Shown piece by piece: positions 1 through 9,400 of a DNA stretch of 64,000 bases. The notes beneath the pieces are model-generated. The model was given only the letters and a program-made list of their open reading frames with translations, made no database searches and was not told the DNA's origin. A program made the translations under genes and the position numbers. The stretch is from Nitrospirota bacterium (GTDB taxonomy: Bacteria > Nitrospirota > Nitrospiria > JACQBZ01). How positions within the stretch are numbered: position 1 is the first letter of the stretch; every line of letters starts with the position of its first letter. The DNA is taken from assembly GCA_016194285.1 (NCBI GenBank), contig JACQBZ010000096.1:8974-72973 (forward strand), read 5' to 3'.

Positions 1-547
1 GAGCGGCGACCGTCAACGCCAACTCTCGGGAGCCCCGGCGCTGGTGCAGCCAACGGTCGTTATCGTCCGCCAAGAGAATCACCGCTTCGAACCGCTTCAA
101 CTCCGCCGGCGCCTCGCCCAGGAGATCCTCCGCCGAGATCAGATAGTCGTACAGAAGCCGGGCCGCCGAGAACCGACGGCTGGCGACCCAGCCGGTCAGT
201 CCGAGGGCTTGGATCTCTTTTTCATCTTTCTCAACGGCGATCGAGTGGTGGTCGATCCAGAAGATTCTCCATCCCTGACGGACGAGCTCTTTAAAAAGCT
301 TCTCGGTCTTCCGATCCTTCCAGGTAATGTCCGCGATCCAGAGATCCCGCGGCTCTTTCGAATCCCGCGTCACCTCTTCGATCACCCGATCCACCTCGGA
401 GGGATGGGTGAAGACAGGCCTGGCCCGCGCCTCCCCGTAGAACCGTCCCACGCAAACCGCGGAAGCAATTCCATCCAGACAAAACGGGCCGTGAGTGACG
501 ATGATCGCCGAGCGGTCAGGCCGGTGACCGCCTTCCTGCGGTTTCAT
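1..547 (-). CDS. DHH-family phosphoesterase (NrnA/RecJ-like), 3'-truncated by window edge
   Basis: Own translation from ATG at 547: MKPQEGGHRPDRSAIIVTHGPFCLDGIASAV...WIDHHS. It has a DHH motif and sits last in the nusA-infB-rbfA operon. It is absent from the ORF track because it runs off the window edge. Confidence 0.55.
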   Translation of the reverse strand, partial: MKPQEGGHRPDRSAIIVTHGPFCLDGIASAVCVGRFYGEARARPVFTHPSEVDRVIEEVTRDSKEPRDLWIADITWKDRKTEKLFKELVRQGWRIFWIDHHSIAVEKDEKEIQALGLTGWVASRRFSAARLLYDYLISAEDLLGEAPAELKRFEAVILLADDNDRWLHQRRGSRELALTVAA

Positions 548-554
548 CACATCC

Positions 555-582
555 GTAGGGGCGGTTCGCGAACCGCCCCTAC
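555..582. repeat. Perfect 28-nt GC-rich palindrome (REP-like hairpin) between rbfA and the DHH gene
   Basis: The sequence GTAGGGGCGGTTCG/CGAACCGCCCCTAC is self-complementary. No T-tract follows on either strand. Confidence 0.5.
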
Positions 583-627
583 GAGCCGTCTGAACAGGCG
601 CCCTTTTATTTTTCACTGGACGGCTTC

Positions 628-987
628 TCACGAAGGGGACTCTTTCATCTTTTCCATCAGCTTGTAGATCTTCGCGGCCTCTTCCGCCGTATGGTCTTCA
701 TGAAAACTCAGTTCCGGCACGAACCGGAGCTTCAGCCTCCGTCCCAACTCGCTCCGGATAAACGATCGGGCCTTGTCCAAACCCTGAAAACTCCGGGCGA
801 CATCCGTTCCCAGGACGCTGATAAAGACCTTGACGTTCCGCAAATCATCCGACACCTTCACCGAGGTGACGGTGACAAACCCGATGCGAGGATCCTTCAC
901 CTTGGTCATGAGAATTTCCGCGATCTCCATCCGGATCTGATCCCCGACCCGTTCCGAGCGTTTATATTCGACCATCTCGATCATCAT
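628..987 (-). CDS. rbfA: Ribosome-binding factor A
   Basis: The 119-aa ORF reads YKRSERVGDQIRMEIAEIL...DPRIGFVTVTSVKVSDDLRNVKVFISVLG, typical of RbfA. It sits downstream of infB. The true start may be an internal Met. Confidence 0.9.
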   Translation of the reverse strand: MMIEMVEYKRSERVGDQIRMEIAEILMTKVKDPRIGFVTVTSVKVSDDLRNVKVFISVLGTDVARSFQGLDKARSFIRSELGRRLKLRFVPELSFHEDHTAEEAAKIYKLMEKMKESPS

Positions 988-999
988 CCCGTCATCGGT

Positions 1000-1281
1000 T
1001 TATAGCAGTTCCAAATGGTAATCAATGATGTCCACCCGTGGCGTCCCGCGGATCGCGCCGATCACCTTGTCCAGGACCTCGTTGACATAATCCTTCCGGT
1101 TGCCCACGCACGCCACCCCGATCACCGTCTTTTGCCATAGATCCTGATCGTCGACCTCGGCAATCGAGACATTGAATCGCTGTTTCACTCGGTCTTTGAG
1201 GCTTTTGAGTACCTGTCGTTTGTCTTTGAGCGAGCCGTTATCCGGAAGAAACAACTCGATGGTGCAGACCCCGATAATCAT
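1000..1281 (-). CDS. DUF503 (YlxP-like) protein
   Basis: The 93-aa ORF lies between infB and rbfA, the conserved DUF503 position. Sequence: IGVCTIELFLPDNGSLKDKRQVLKSLKDRV. Confidence 0.85.
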   Translation of the reverse strand: MIIGVCTIELFLPDNGSLKDKRQVLKSLKDRVKQRFNVSIAEVDDQDLWQKTVIGVACVGNRKDYVNEVLDKVIGAIRGTPRVDIIDYHLELL

Positions 1282-1298
1282 GTGACATGCGGATGAGG

Positions 1299-3878
1299 TT
1301 AGAGTTTGGCGGCGATTTTGTCCACGACAAAGGCCTCGATCACGTCTCCCACCTTGAGGTCATTATAATTCTCGATGCCGATGCCGCATTCGTATCCGGC
1401 CTGGACCTCTCGCACATCGTCCTTAAACCGTTTCAAGGAGGAGAGTTTCCCCGTGTAGACCACCACGCTGTCGCGCAGAAGACGGACGCCCGTGCCGGCC
1501 CGCGAGATCATTCCGTCGGTGACATAGGCGCCGGCGATCGTCCCCACTTTCGAGATGTTGAAGACCTGACGCACCTCGCACCGCCCCGTCACCCGCTCCT
1601 TGAGGGTCGGCTCCAACAGGCCTTCCATCGCCGCCCGGATATCGCCGATCGCGTCGTAAATGACGTTGTAGGACCGAATGTCCACCTTCTCGCGCTCCGC
1701 CAGGGCGGCCGCTTTGGCCTCCGGCCGCACATTGAACCCGATCACGATGGCATTGGACGCGCTGGCCAGTAGAACGTCCGTCTCGGTGATCCCGCCCGCG
1801 CCGCTGTGGATCACGTTCAGCTTCACGGCCGGCGTGCTCAGCTTGTTCAAGGACTCCATCAAGGCCTCCGCGGAGCCCTGAACATCCGTCTTCAAAATCA
1901 GGTTCAGTTCCTTTACCGTGCCTTCTTTGATCTGGGTGTAAAGGTCTTCCAGGGTGACGCGGCGCTGCTGCGCGAGCTTGGCCGTCCGTTCCTTCTGCAT
2001 TCGGCTGGTGGCGATCTCACGGGCGACCCGCTCTTCCCGAACCGCGGCAAACGAATCGCCGGCCTGCGGCACACCCGGCAGGCCGATCACCTCCACCGGC
2101 TGCGACGGCCGGGCCGATTCGACCTTCTTCCCTTCATCATTGATCAGGGCCCGGACGCGCCCGAAGAAGCTCCCGGTCACAAAGGCGTCTCCCACGTTCA
2201 ACGTCCCCGACTGGACCAAGACCGTAGCCACCGGTCCGCGGCCTTTGTCCATCTTCGCCTCAATGACGATCCCCTTGGCCAAGCGACTTGGATCGGCCTT
2301 GAGCTCCAACACGTCCGCCTGAAGCAGGATCATCTCAAGCAGGCTTTCCAGATTGAGCCGTTTCTTGGCCGACACCTCCACAAAGATGGACTGGCCGCCC
2401 CAGGCCTCCGACAAAAGATTCTGCTCGGCCAGGGCGCTCTTCACCCGCTCCGGGTTCGCTTCGGGTTTATCAATCTTATTGATCGCCACGATGATCGGGA
2501 CATTCGCCGCACGGGCATGGTTGATCGCCTCGATCGTCTGGGGCATGACGCCGTCGTCCGCCGCCACGACCAGCACCACGATGTCCGTCACCTTGGCCCC
2601 GCGCGCCCGCATCGCGGTGAAGGCCTCGTGACCCGGCGTATCGAGAAACGTCACGGTCCGGTCCCCGACTTTGACGGTGTAGGCACCGATGTGCTGGGTG
2701 ATCCCTCCGGCCTCGCCGGCCGCGACTTTGGTGGACCGAATCGCATCCAGAAGGGAGGTCTTTCCATGGTCGACATGACCCATGATCGTGACGACCGGTG
2801 GACGAGGCCTTAGATCGCCCGCCTCCGAGGTTCTCTCCTCCGACAGCATGTCCTCTTCCGTCTGTCCATGAACGATCTCGGCCTTCAGGCCGTGGTTCTC
2901 GGCGATCAGAACGCCGGCCGCAAGATCCATCGGTTGATTGATCGTCGCCATGGTTCCCATTTCCACGAGCTTCCGGATCACTTCCGTTGTTTTCTGGCCG
3001 ATCAGTTCGGCAAATTCCTTTACCGTAAGCCCCTCGGAGAGCTTGATGATCTTTCTACGCGGCTTGGTGATCTCGACGACGCCGGCCGGCGCAGCCGATC
3101 TTTTATGCCTTTCCTCGCGATGCGTCGATGGACGGATGTCCCGCCAACTGCTCAATTCGTACTGATACTCTTCCAGGGGATTCTCCTTGCTCTTTTTTGT
3201 TTTCCGAACTTTCTTGCCGCGCTGCTTCAAACGATCGGACAGCTCCTGCTTGGCCAACTCAAAAAGATCGGTTTTGAGGAGTTTAGGCTTGACCGGGGCC
3301 GCCATGGATGCCGGGGCCGCAGCCGATGGACTCGCCGGAATCGCGGGAGGCGTTCCTTCGGATACGGCGTGAGGGGCCGCTTCCGATACGGAAGTCGGGT
3401 GGGCCGACGGCTCGGACGGCTGGATCGTCGCCGTGGATGATCCGGATAGGGTCTGCAGATCCGAAGAAGGCGACGCCGCGTGTGGCGTTGAAACGGTCAC
3501 GACCGGCTCCGGCTCCGCTTTTTTCTTGATGAGGATCCGCGTCTTTTTTTCCGGCTCCGGCTGCGGGATCGGCTCCGCTTTTTTGAGCTTGACGGTCTTG
3601 ATCGCCGGCTTCACCGCTTTTTTAACCGGAACGGCCTTTTTGGCCGACTTCTCGACGGACACGGCCTTCTGGGATTTCGTCTTAACCGGGGCCTCGGCCG
3701 CTTTCTTGACGGTCTTGGCCACCGGCGCGGCCTTTTTATATTTCTCAATGATCTGTTTAACGGCCGACTCTTCCACCGTCGCAGAGGGGCTCGAGGCCCG
3801 GCTGCCGAGAACTTTCAGTTCGGCCAACAAATCCTTGGTTGCGATTTTCATCTTTTTTGCGAGATCCGATACGTTCAT
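1299..3878 (-). CDS. infB: Translation initiation factor IF-2
   Basis: The 859-aa ORF has G-domain motifs [16 protein letters not shown] and NKIDK, plus a low-complexity Lys/Ala/Pro N-terminus. Confidence 0.97.
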   Translation of the reverse strand: MNVSDLAKKMKIATKDLLAELKVLGSRASSPSATVEESAVKQIIEKYKKAAPVAKTVKKAAEAPVKTKSQKAVSVEKSAKKAVPVKKAVKPAIKTVKLKKAEPIPQPEPEKKTRILIKKKAEPEPVVTVSTPHAASPSSDLQTLSGSSTATIQPSEPSAHPTSVSEAAPHAVSEGTPPAIPASPSAAAPASMAAPVKPKLLKTDLFELAKQELSDRLKQRGKKVRKTKKSKENPLEEYQYELSSWRDIRPSTHREERHKRSAAPAGVVEITKPRRKIIKLSEGLTVKEFAELIGQKTTEVIRKLVEMGTMATINQPMDLAAGVLIAENHGLKAEIVHGQTEEDMLSEERTSEAGDLRPRPPVVTIMGHVDHGKTSLLDAIRSTKVAAGEAGGITQHIGAYTVKVGDRTVTFLDTPGHEAFTAMRARGAKVTDIVVLVVAADDGVMPQTIEAINHARAANVPIIVAINKIDKPEANPERVKSALAEQNLLSEAWGGQSIFVEVSAKKRLNLESLLEMILLQADVLELKADPSRLAKGIVIEAKMDKGRGPVATVLVQSGTLNVGDAFVTGSFFGRVRALINDEGKKVESARPSQPVEVIGLPGVPQAGDSFAAVREERVAREIATSRMQKERTAKLAQQRRVTLEDLYTQIKEGTVKELNLILKTDVQGSAEALMESLNKLSTPAVKLNVIHSGAGGITETDVLLASASNAIVIGFNVRPEAKAAALAEREKVDIRSYNVIYDAIGDIRAAMEGLLEPTLKERVTGRCEVRQVFNISKVGTIAGAYVTDGMISRAGTGVRLLRDSVVVYTGKLSSLKRFKDDVREVQAGYECGIGIENYNDLKVGDVIEAFVVDKIAAKL

Positions 3879-3931
3879 AATTTCAATTTCCCAGATGTTT
3901 TTTTTATTTGGCTTGCCGCGAGGGAGCCGGA

Positions 3932-5395
3932 TTATTGAGACGGTTTCTCGGCCTCTTCCTCCACGGGCTGGTCCGATTCGTCCACCGGCTGAGCCGACTC
4001 GGTTTTCTTCTCCCGCCCCTGCACACGCCCCTGGGCCGCGGACAGAATTCTCTCGGCGGTCTTCTCGCCGATCTTCGGCACCTCCATCAATTGCTCCTTC
4101 GTCGCCGCGGCAATCTTCTCGATCGAATCAAATCCGCCCGCCGTCAACACCTCCAGCAATTTTTTCCCGATGCCGGGAAGATCGATCAGCCCTTCTTCTT
4201 TGTTCCCGCCTTCGGAGCCCGCCGCCGGCACACCGGCGGCCGCATCGGCCGCGGTCCGTTCGGCATCCCGCGCATTCTGCTTCGCCTCGGCCTCGGCCTG
4301 CGCCCGGTGCTCTTGAGCGATCGCCTCTTCAATCTCTTCGGCGCGCTCCTGGGCCCGTTCCTTTTCATACTCGGTCTCGCCCATAATGTCAATCTTCCAA
4401 CCGGTCAGCTTGGCCGCCAGACGCACATTCTGGCCGTTCTTCCCGATCGCCAGGGAGAGTTGGTGATCCGAAACCACGACGAGCGCGGTCTTTTTCTCCT
4501 CATCGATCCCGACCTTTTCCACGGCGGCCGGGTTCAGCGCTTCTCCGATGAAGACGCGCGGGTCCGCGTTCCATGCGATGATGTCGATCTTCTCGCCGCG
4601 GAGCTCGCGCACCACGGCCTGAACGCGGGAGCCTTTGACCCCCACGCAGGCCCCGACCGGATCGACGGCCTTATCCTTGGAGTTTACCGCGATCTTGGTC
4701 CGATCCCCGGGCTCGCGCACGATGCCCTTGATCTCGACGATCTTCTCGGCCACCTCCGGCACTTCCAATTTGAACAATTCGGACACAAAATTCGGATGGG
4801 TCCGGGACAGGATGATCTGCGGCCCTTTGGCCGATTTCTTGACCTCCAAAAGCAGCGCACGGAGCCGGTCGCCGCGACGGTAGTTTTCGCGCGGGGCCTG
4901 TTCCGAGACCGGGAGCAGCGCCTCGGTCTTGCCCACCTCGACGATATAATTCCGGCGCTCGTGCCCCAAGACGATGCCGTTGACCATTTCCCCCTGACGG
5001 CCGGCGTATTCCTTGTAAACGGCCTCCCATTCGGCTTCGCGGACGCGCTGGAAGATGATCTGCTTGGCCGTCTGCGCGGCGATCCGTCCGAAGTCTCCCG
5101 TCTCCAACATGAGGCCGATCTCGTCGCCCAATTCGGCGCCGGCATCCACGCTCTTGGCCTCTTCCAAAGAGACTTCCGCTTTGGGGTTGGCGACCGTTTC
5201 GACGACTTTCCGAAGCGAGACCACCTCGATCTCTCCGGTCTGACGGTCCAGGCGCACTTGAACATTTTCGTTTGCGCCGTACCGTTTTTTCGCGGCGGTC
5301 TGGACCGCCATCTCGACGGCGCTGGCGATCTTCTGACTGTCGATTCCCTTTTCACGGCCGATCTGTTCGATCACGGCCAACAATTCACGATTCAT
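3932..5395 (-). CDS. nusA: Transcription termination/antitermination factor NusA
   Basis: The 487-aa ORF has a NusA N-terminus, S1 and KH regions, and C-terminal HhH-like repeats. It sits upstream of infB. Confidence 0.97.
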   Translation of the reverse strand: MNRELLAVIEQIGREKGIDSQKIASAVEMAVQTAAKKRYGANENVQVRLDRQTGEIEVVSLRKVVETVANPKAEVSLEEAKSVDAGAELGDEIGLMLETGDFGRIAAQTAKQIIFQRVREAEWEAVYKEYAGRQGEMVNGIVLGHERRNYIVEVGKTEALLPVSEQAPRENYRRGDRLRALLLEVKKSAKGPQIILSRTHPNFVSELFKLEVPEVAEKIVEIKGIVREPGDRTKIAVNSKDKAVDPVGACVGVKGSRVQAVVRELRGEKIDIIAWNADPRVFIGEALNPAAVEKVGIDEEKKTALVVVSDHQLSLAIGKNGQNVRLAAKLTGWKIDIMGETEYEKERAQERAEEIEEAIAQEHRAQAEAEAKQNARDAERTAADAAAGVPAAGSEGGNKEEGLIDLPGIGKKLLEVLTAGGFDSIEKIAAATKEQLMEVPKIGEKTAERILSAAQGRVQGREKKTESAQPVDESDQPVEEEAEKPSQ

Positions 5396-5430
5396 GAAAA
5401 CTTTCCTCCATTAAAACTTAATCTCATCCA

Positions 5431-5946
5431 TCACCATTCCACTTCGAGTCGGGCCTGGGCGATATCCGCCAGCGCGATCTGAACCGGTTCTCGATCTTCG
5501 GACTGAATTTCCACACGATTCCCCTGAAGACCCTGCAATCGGCCGATGATGACCCACTCTCCATCAAGCGGGCGAGTTAGCTTCAGTCGGGCCAATTTCC
5601 CCGTGGCCCGTTGGTAGTCCTCGGCCTTGCGCAACGGACGGTCCAGTCCCGGCGAGGACACCTCCAGGAGATACGCATTCGGAATGGGATCGGCCGCATC
5701 CAGCGCGTGGCCGACGTAGCGGCTCACCTGCTCGCAGTCGTCCACATTCACGCCGCCGGCCTTGTCGATGAAAATCCGCAGATGGCCCCGCCTCCCGTGG
5801 CCCGACAGTTCCAGATCAACCAGTTCCAGACCCATGGAACTCAAAATGGGAACCACAACCTCCCTGATCCGCTCGATAATCGTTTGAGTATCCTGGGCCA
5901 TTCCAAACCGCGTCATAATGAAAAAAGTGGGCGGAACCGCACCCAC
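5431..5946 (-). CDS. rimP: Ribosome maturation factor RimP
   Basis: The ORF has RimP-like sequence (VVPILSSMGLELVDLEL...VSSPGLDRPL) and is first in the nusA operon. The start is probably the internal Met near 5901. Confidence 0.9.
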   Translation of the reverse strand: MGAVPPTFFIMTRFGMAQDTQTIIERIREVVVPILSSMGLELVDLELSGHGRRGHLRIFIDKAGGVNVDDCEQVSRYVGHALDAADPIPNAYLLEVSSPGLDRPLRKAEDYQRATGKLARLKLTRPLDGEWVIIGRLQGLQGNRVEIQSEDREPVQIALADIAQARLEVEW

Positions 5947-6043
5947 TTTAGACGACTCTTTTATACCACATTATTTTTTAAAATGCAAGAGCAAACTAAT
6001 TATTTACACCTGTTCACGGATAGCACTCAATGATTGTAATAAT

Positions 6044-6076
6044 GAGCCGCCCCGCCGAATGTAGGCGGGGCGGCTC
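6044..6076. terminator. GC-rich stem-loop insulating the rimP operon from upstream DNA
   Basis: The arm GAGCCGCCCCGCC pairs with GGCGGGGCGGCTC across a 7-nt loop. It lies between the CARDB-like stub and the rimP start. Confidence 0.4.
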
Positions 6077-6108
6077 TAACCTCCAACGCTTAACTTCAAG
6101 CCTTTCGA

Positions 6109-6282
6109 TTACGGCGTGACCGTGATCGTGCCCGTGGCCATTCGCGTATTGTTCCCTTCATTCCCTTCGGCCACCGCTCCGTTCACATCCGCAATCGCTC
6201 CCACATAATAGACTCCCGGCGCCGGGCCATTCGGCTGCGCCAGATGACTTCGCGGCTGCACGACGCGATGCTCCCGCGTCAA
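6109..6282 (-). pseudogene. C-terminal stub of a CARDB-like surface-protein gene
   Basis: Own translation: ...VQPRSHLAQPNGPAPGVYYVGAIADVNGAVAEGNEGNNTRMATGTITVTP*. An in-frame stop lies at 6283-6285 and there is no start codon. The GxYYxGAxADxxNAVAExNExNN pattern is typical of CARDB domain ends. Confidence 0.35.
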
Positions 6283-6303
6283 CTACAAGTACTCCTCAGT
6301 CCT

Positions 6304-6356
6304 CTACAACGCCTCCACGCGGCCATCGGGAAAAACACAGAAGCGGTAGACAAAAG
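6304..6356 (-). repeat. Duplicated 3' end (last ~16 codons plus stop) of the YdjM-like hydrolase gene at 12037-12993
   Basis: By hand alignment, 6304-6354 matches 12037-12087 with 5 mismatches in 51 nt. It encodes ...VYRFCVFPDGRVEAL*, compared with ...VYRFRVFPDGRVEAL* in the intact gene. Confidence 0.6.
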
Positions 6357-6497
6357 GTATTCTCAGGTTAATCTGGCACTTTGATGCTCATAGCCAATGC
6401 CATCGGTTCATCGATTTCTCAATGTTCAGACCCTTAAGTTATTTCCCTGTGCCTGTTGCTGCTTTATACCTACCGCAAAATTCCACCTATTTTATAC

Positions 6498-9400
6498 TCA
6501 TTTTGACTTCAACGAGATGTTGATTGTGTGAATCGTCCCATCATCCAACGTAGCCTGGAGACGATAGGTCCCCTGGCTGTAGGGCTTGGTGCCAAGGTTA
6601 TAGATATAGTTGGGCGCGCTATAGCGGAAGAGATTATCGGTATTGGCAGTACCGGAGCTGTCCGTGCTGACCTCCACCACTGTTCCCAGCACGGCATCCG
6701 TGATCTTGAAGACCGCCAGCGTGCCTACGGCAGTGGTGACGGCGAGGCCGTTACAGTCCGTCAACTGATACTTAATAGGCACCGTGCTCCCTAACTTAAA
6801 GATACTGGACCCATCACTGTTAATGGGATCGAGGAATCCAATGAAGTTGTAGGTGACCGAGAAACTGACCGTCTTTGTCGAACTGTTTCCGGCCACATCC
6901 GTTGCTGTTACCGAGAGGCTGTTCAATCCCGGTTTCGTGAGAGTCGCCTTCTGCCCATTGGAGACAGGAGACCCATTCAGTGTCGCCGATACACTGGCCA
7001 CCCCTGAAGCGATGTCTGTGGCACTAAAGGCGATGGTCAAGGTACACGCATAGGTCTGCGGCCCAGGGGCTGTGAGGCTGATCACAGGAGGCGTGGTATC
7101 TACCACATGCACCACGAAGGTAGTGGCCGCGGCGGCGTTGCCATGTGCATCGCTGGCGTTGCAAGTCACCGTGGCGTTGCCCATTCCAAAGGAAGAGCCG
7201 GAGGCCGGCAAGCAGGACGCAACCCCCGCGCCGTCCACGGCATCCGATGTGGCCGGGCTTGTATAGGTAACGACGGCGCCCGCCGCGCTGGTCGCCTCGG
7301 AGGTCAAATCGGCATGAGATGCGATGACGGGCGGCGTGGTGTCACGCACGGTGACCTGCATGGTATCCGTTCCGGTCTCCCCTAGTGTGTCGGTCACGGT
7401 GAGTGTAATGGCATGAATGCCTAACGGGAGAGTCACGGTAGGACTTGCCCCGGTGACTGAGCCGAATGGGCCTGTCCAACTAAAAGTGAGGGGATCTCCT
7501 TCCGGATCGTCGGAGCCGGTTCCATTCAAGCTAACGGAGGCTCCCGCTGGCGAGGTGGCCTCCAAGATCTGGTTTCCCCCCGCATCAGCTTGAGGAGGCA
7601 GATTTTGCACCGCAATCGCAAACCAAGAAAAGGAGGACACCTTACCACGGATTATCTTGTTCGTGGTATCCAAAGATGACGTCACAGGCACCCAGCCGGT
7701 AGCTGTCAAATGAAGAAGCTCAAGATGTTGTTCTTTTGCCGGTGAAATCCCTAAATTATCGTAATTCAATTGAATCGTCGCCGGCCCAGTATAGGTGACC
7801 GTTGTGCTGATGTCATAGTAGGGAACGAGGATTGCATAGCCGGGTTTATCCGGCCCCGGATTCGTCGCACTAATGTTGACAGTGGTGTCACCGCTCCCCG
7901 TCGTTTGAATGAAGCCGACCTTCACCTTAGGATCGGGACTAAACGTTACAAGGGAAACGCCCAGAGGGATAGGACCGCTCACCGAAAAGGATGGGGCATC
8001 CTGATAATGATTGTCATCAACCGTGGCGAAACTATAGTAGATATTTGAACCTACTTTCGGGGTTGAAAAAACAATAAGGCGATAATACATTTTTCCCGAT
8101 TTCGGCAAAAGATCCCACGAGGATTGAGGAATGGTATACTGAAAACCATTTTCCGGGTCTGAAAAGAAGTAATCGCTTAAGTCAATTGGCCCCAGAATTT
8201 CGGAAGAAAAGAAGTTCGTTCCATTACGAGAAGCGATGTCTTTAAACAAGTTATTTTCGGCTGAAACTTCGACCGTGTAATATAGCAACCCCGGGGTCGT
8301 ATGGATTAAGAAGTTAGGGGGGTCGGAAGCGATCTTACTATTAAGATGTTCGATGGATACATCCAAGGGAGAGCAAGGCTTGGTCGTATCCCAATTGGAG
8401 AGGCCCGCATGCGTCAGGAGTCTGGGTTGATGAGGGAAAAGACTTTGCCAGAAATTGATATAGGTTGACCTTGCATGCGGCATGATTTTATCATCGCAGA
8501 CCAGGGATCGAATGCCCCCGCCATCACCATTAAATTTTTCATAGCTGCCCCAATCTATTGTCTCGTACTGTGTGGCGTGGCAGACCCGGCAGGATCGCTT
8601 GACCACATCTCTATAGAGAGAAGAGTGATCTTGCCATCCTGAGGGTACAAAGTCTGAGAATTGCTCCCCAAATGGAAGCAAACCAGAACCGCCATACCAG
8701 CCTTCTATGAGCTGTCTAACAACCGGCGTTGGGTTCGTTTTCAGAACTCCCAGGTTAAGCGCCTTGAACTGGCCCTCTTGATCAAGTCGGCTGTAGCCGG
8801 GGCTTCCGGAATACTGAAACGAGTCAAGAGCAAACGGGATAAAATGCGCCCCGGTATCCCCATAATCCGGGTATGTCCCATTCGTCGGCACCTTCCCTGC
8901 CCCTCCGTGGCAGATGATGCAGACCCTCGGCACGTTCTTCTCACCACGGTCGTCAAGGTTCGCAGTATTTACCCGCCCGCCATTATTGCCAAAGACATAG
9001 AACTTAGTAAACGGGGTTCCAGACAAATCATCCGGCTTGGGGGAGGATTCCATCCCGACCGTTGCAACAGGATTCAGCCCGTTCAGTCCCTCCCATTCAG
9101 TCTCGTAGTTAGTCACATAATAGGCGATGCTTTTGAAGCTACCGTCAGGATTGAACTGGCTCTTCATATGCATGCTTCTCCAGTACCCGAGATCCCCCTG
9201 GTTGTAGTACAAGGCAGAGGCATCATCTCCAGCATCAAAGCCGTTGCGCGTCTTCCAGTCCGCCAAGGTGGTCTTTTGCTTGTGCGGGTCTATCGCTTGA
9301 TAATAGGCGTTGGAGGTATTCTCGTCGTCCACTCCAATAGCGTTCAAGAACCCGCCGTCCTTTGGGGCAACCGTCACGTCCACTTCCCCGTCTCTTAGGT

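Noticed and set aside
44-667. 207-aa plus-strand ORF at the window start
   Set aside because: It is Arg/Pro/Gly-rich with no recognisable motifs. It lies antisense to a convincing DHH phosphoesterase reading frame (1-547, minus) and runs across the intergenic palindrome. It is a typical high-GC shadow ORF.
3908-5482. 524-aa plus-strand ORF antisense to nusA. Similar long antisense ORFs lie at 1806-2813, 15186-17225, 17008-18333, 20817-21956, 24331-25305, 25082-26206, 27026-28135, 50279-51256 and 54620-55627.
   Set aside because: All sit exactly opposite strongly supported conserved genes. They have low-complexity Arg/Gly/Pro/Leu-rich products and no start-site signals. I treat them as GC-driven shadow ORFs.
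6371-6390. TGGCAC...TGCT sequence resembling a sigma54 -24/-12 promoter
   Set aside because: The GG-to-GC spacing is one nucleotide short of the invariant spacing, and no plus-strand gene lies downstream.
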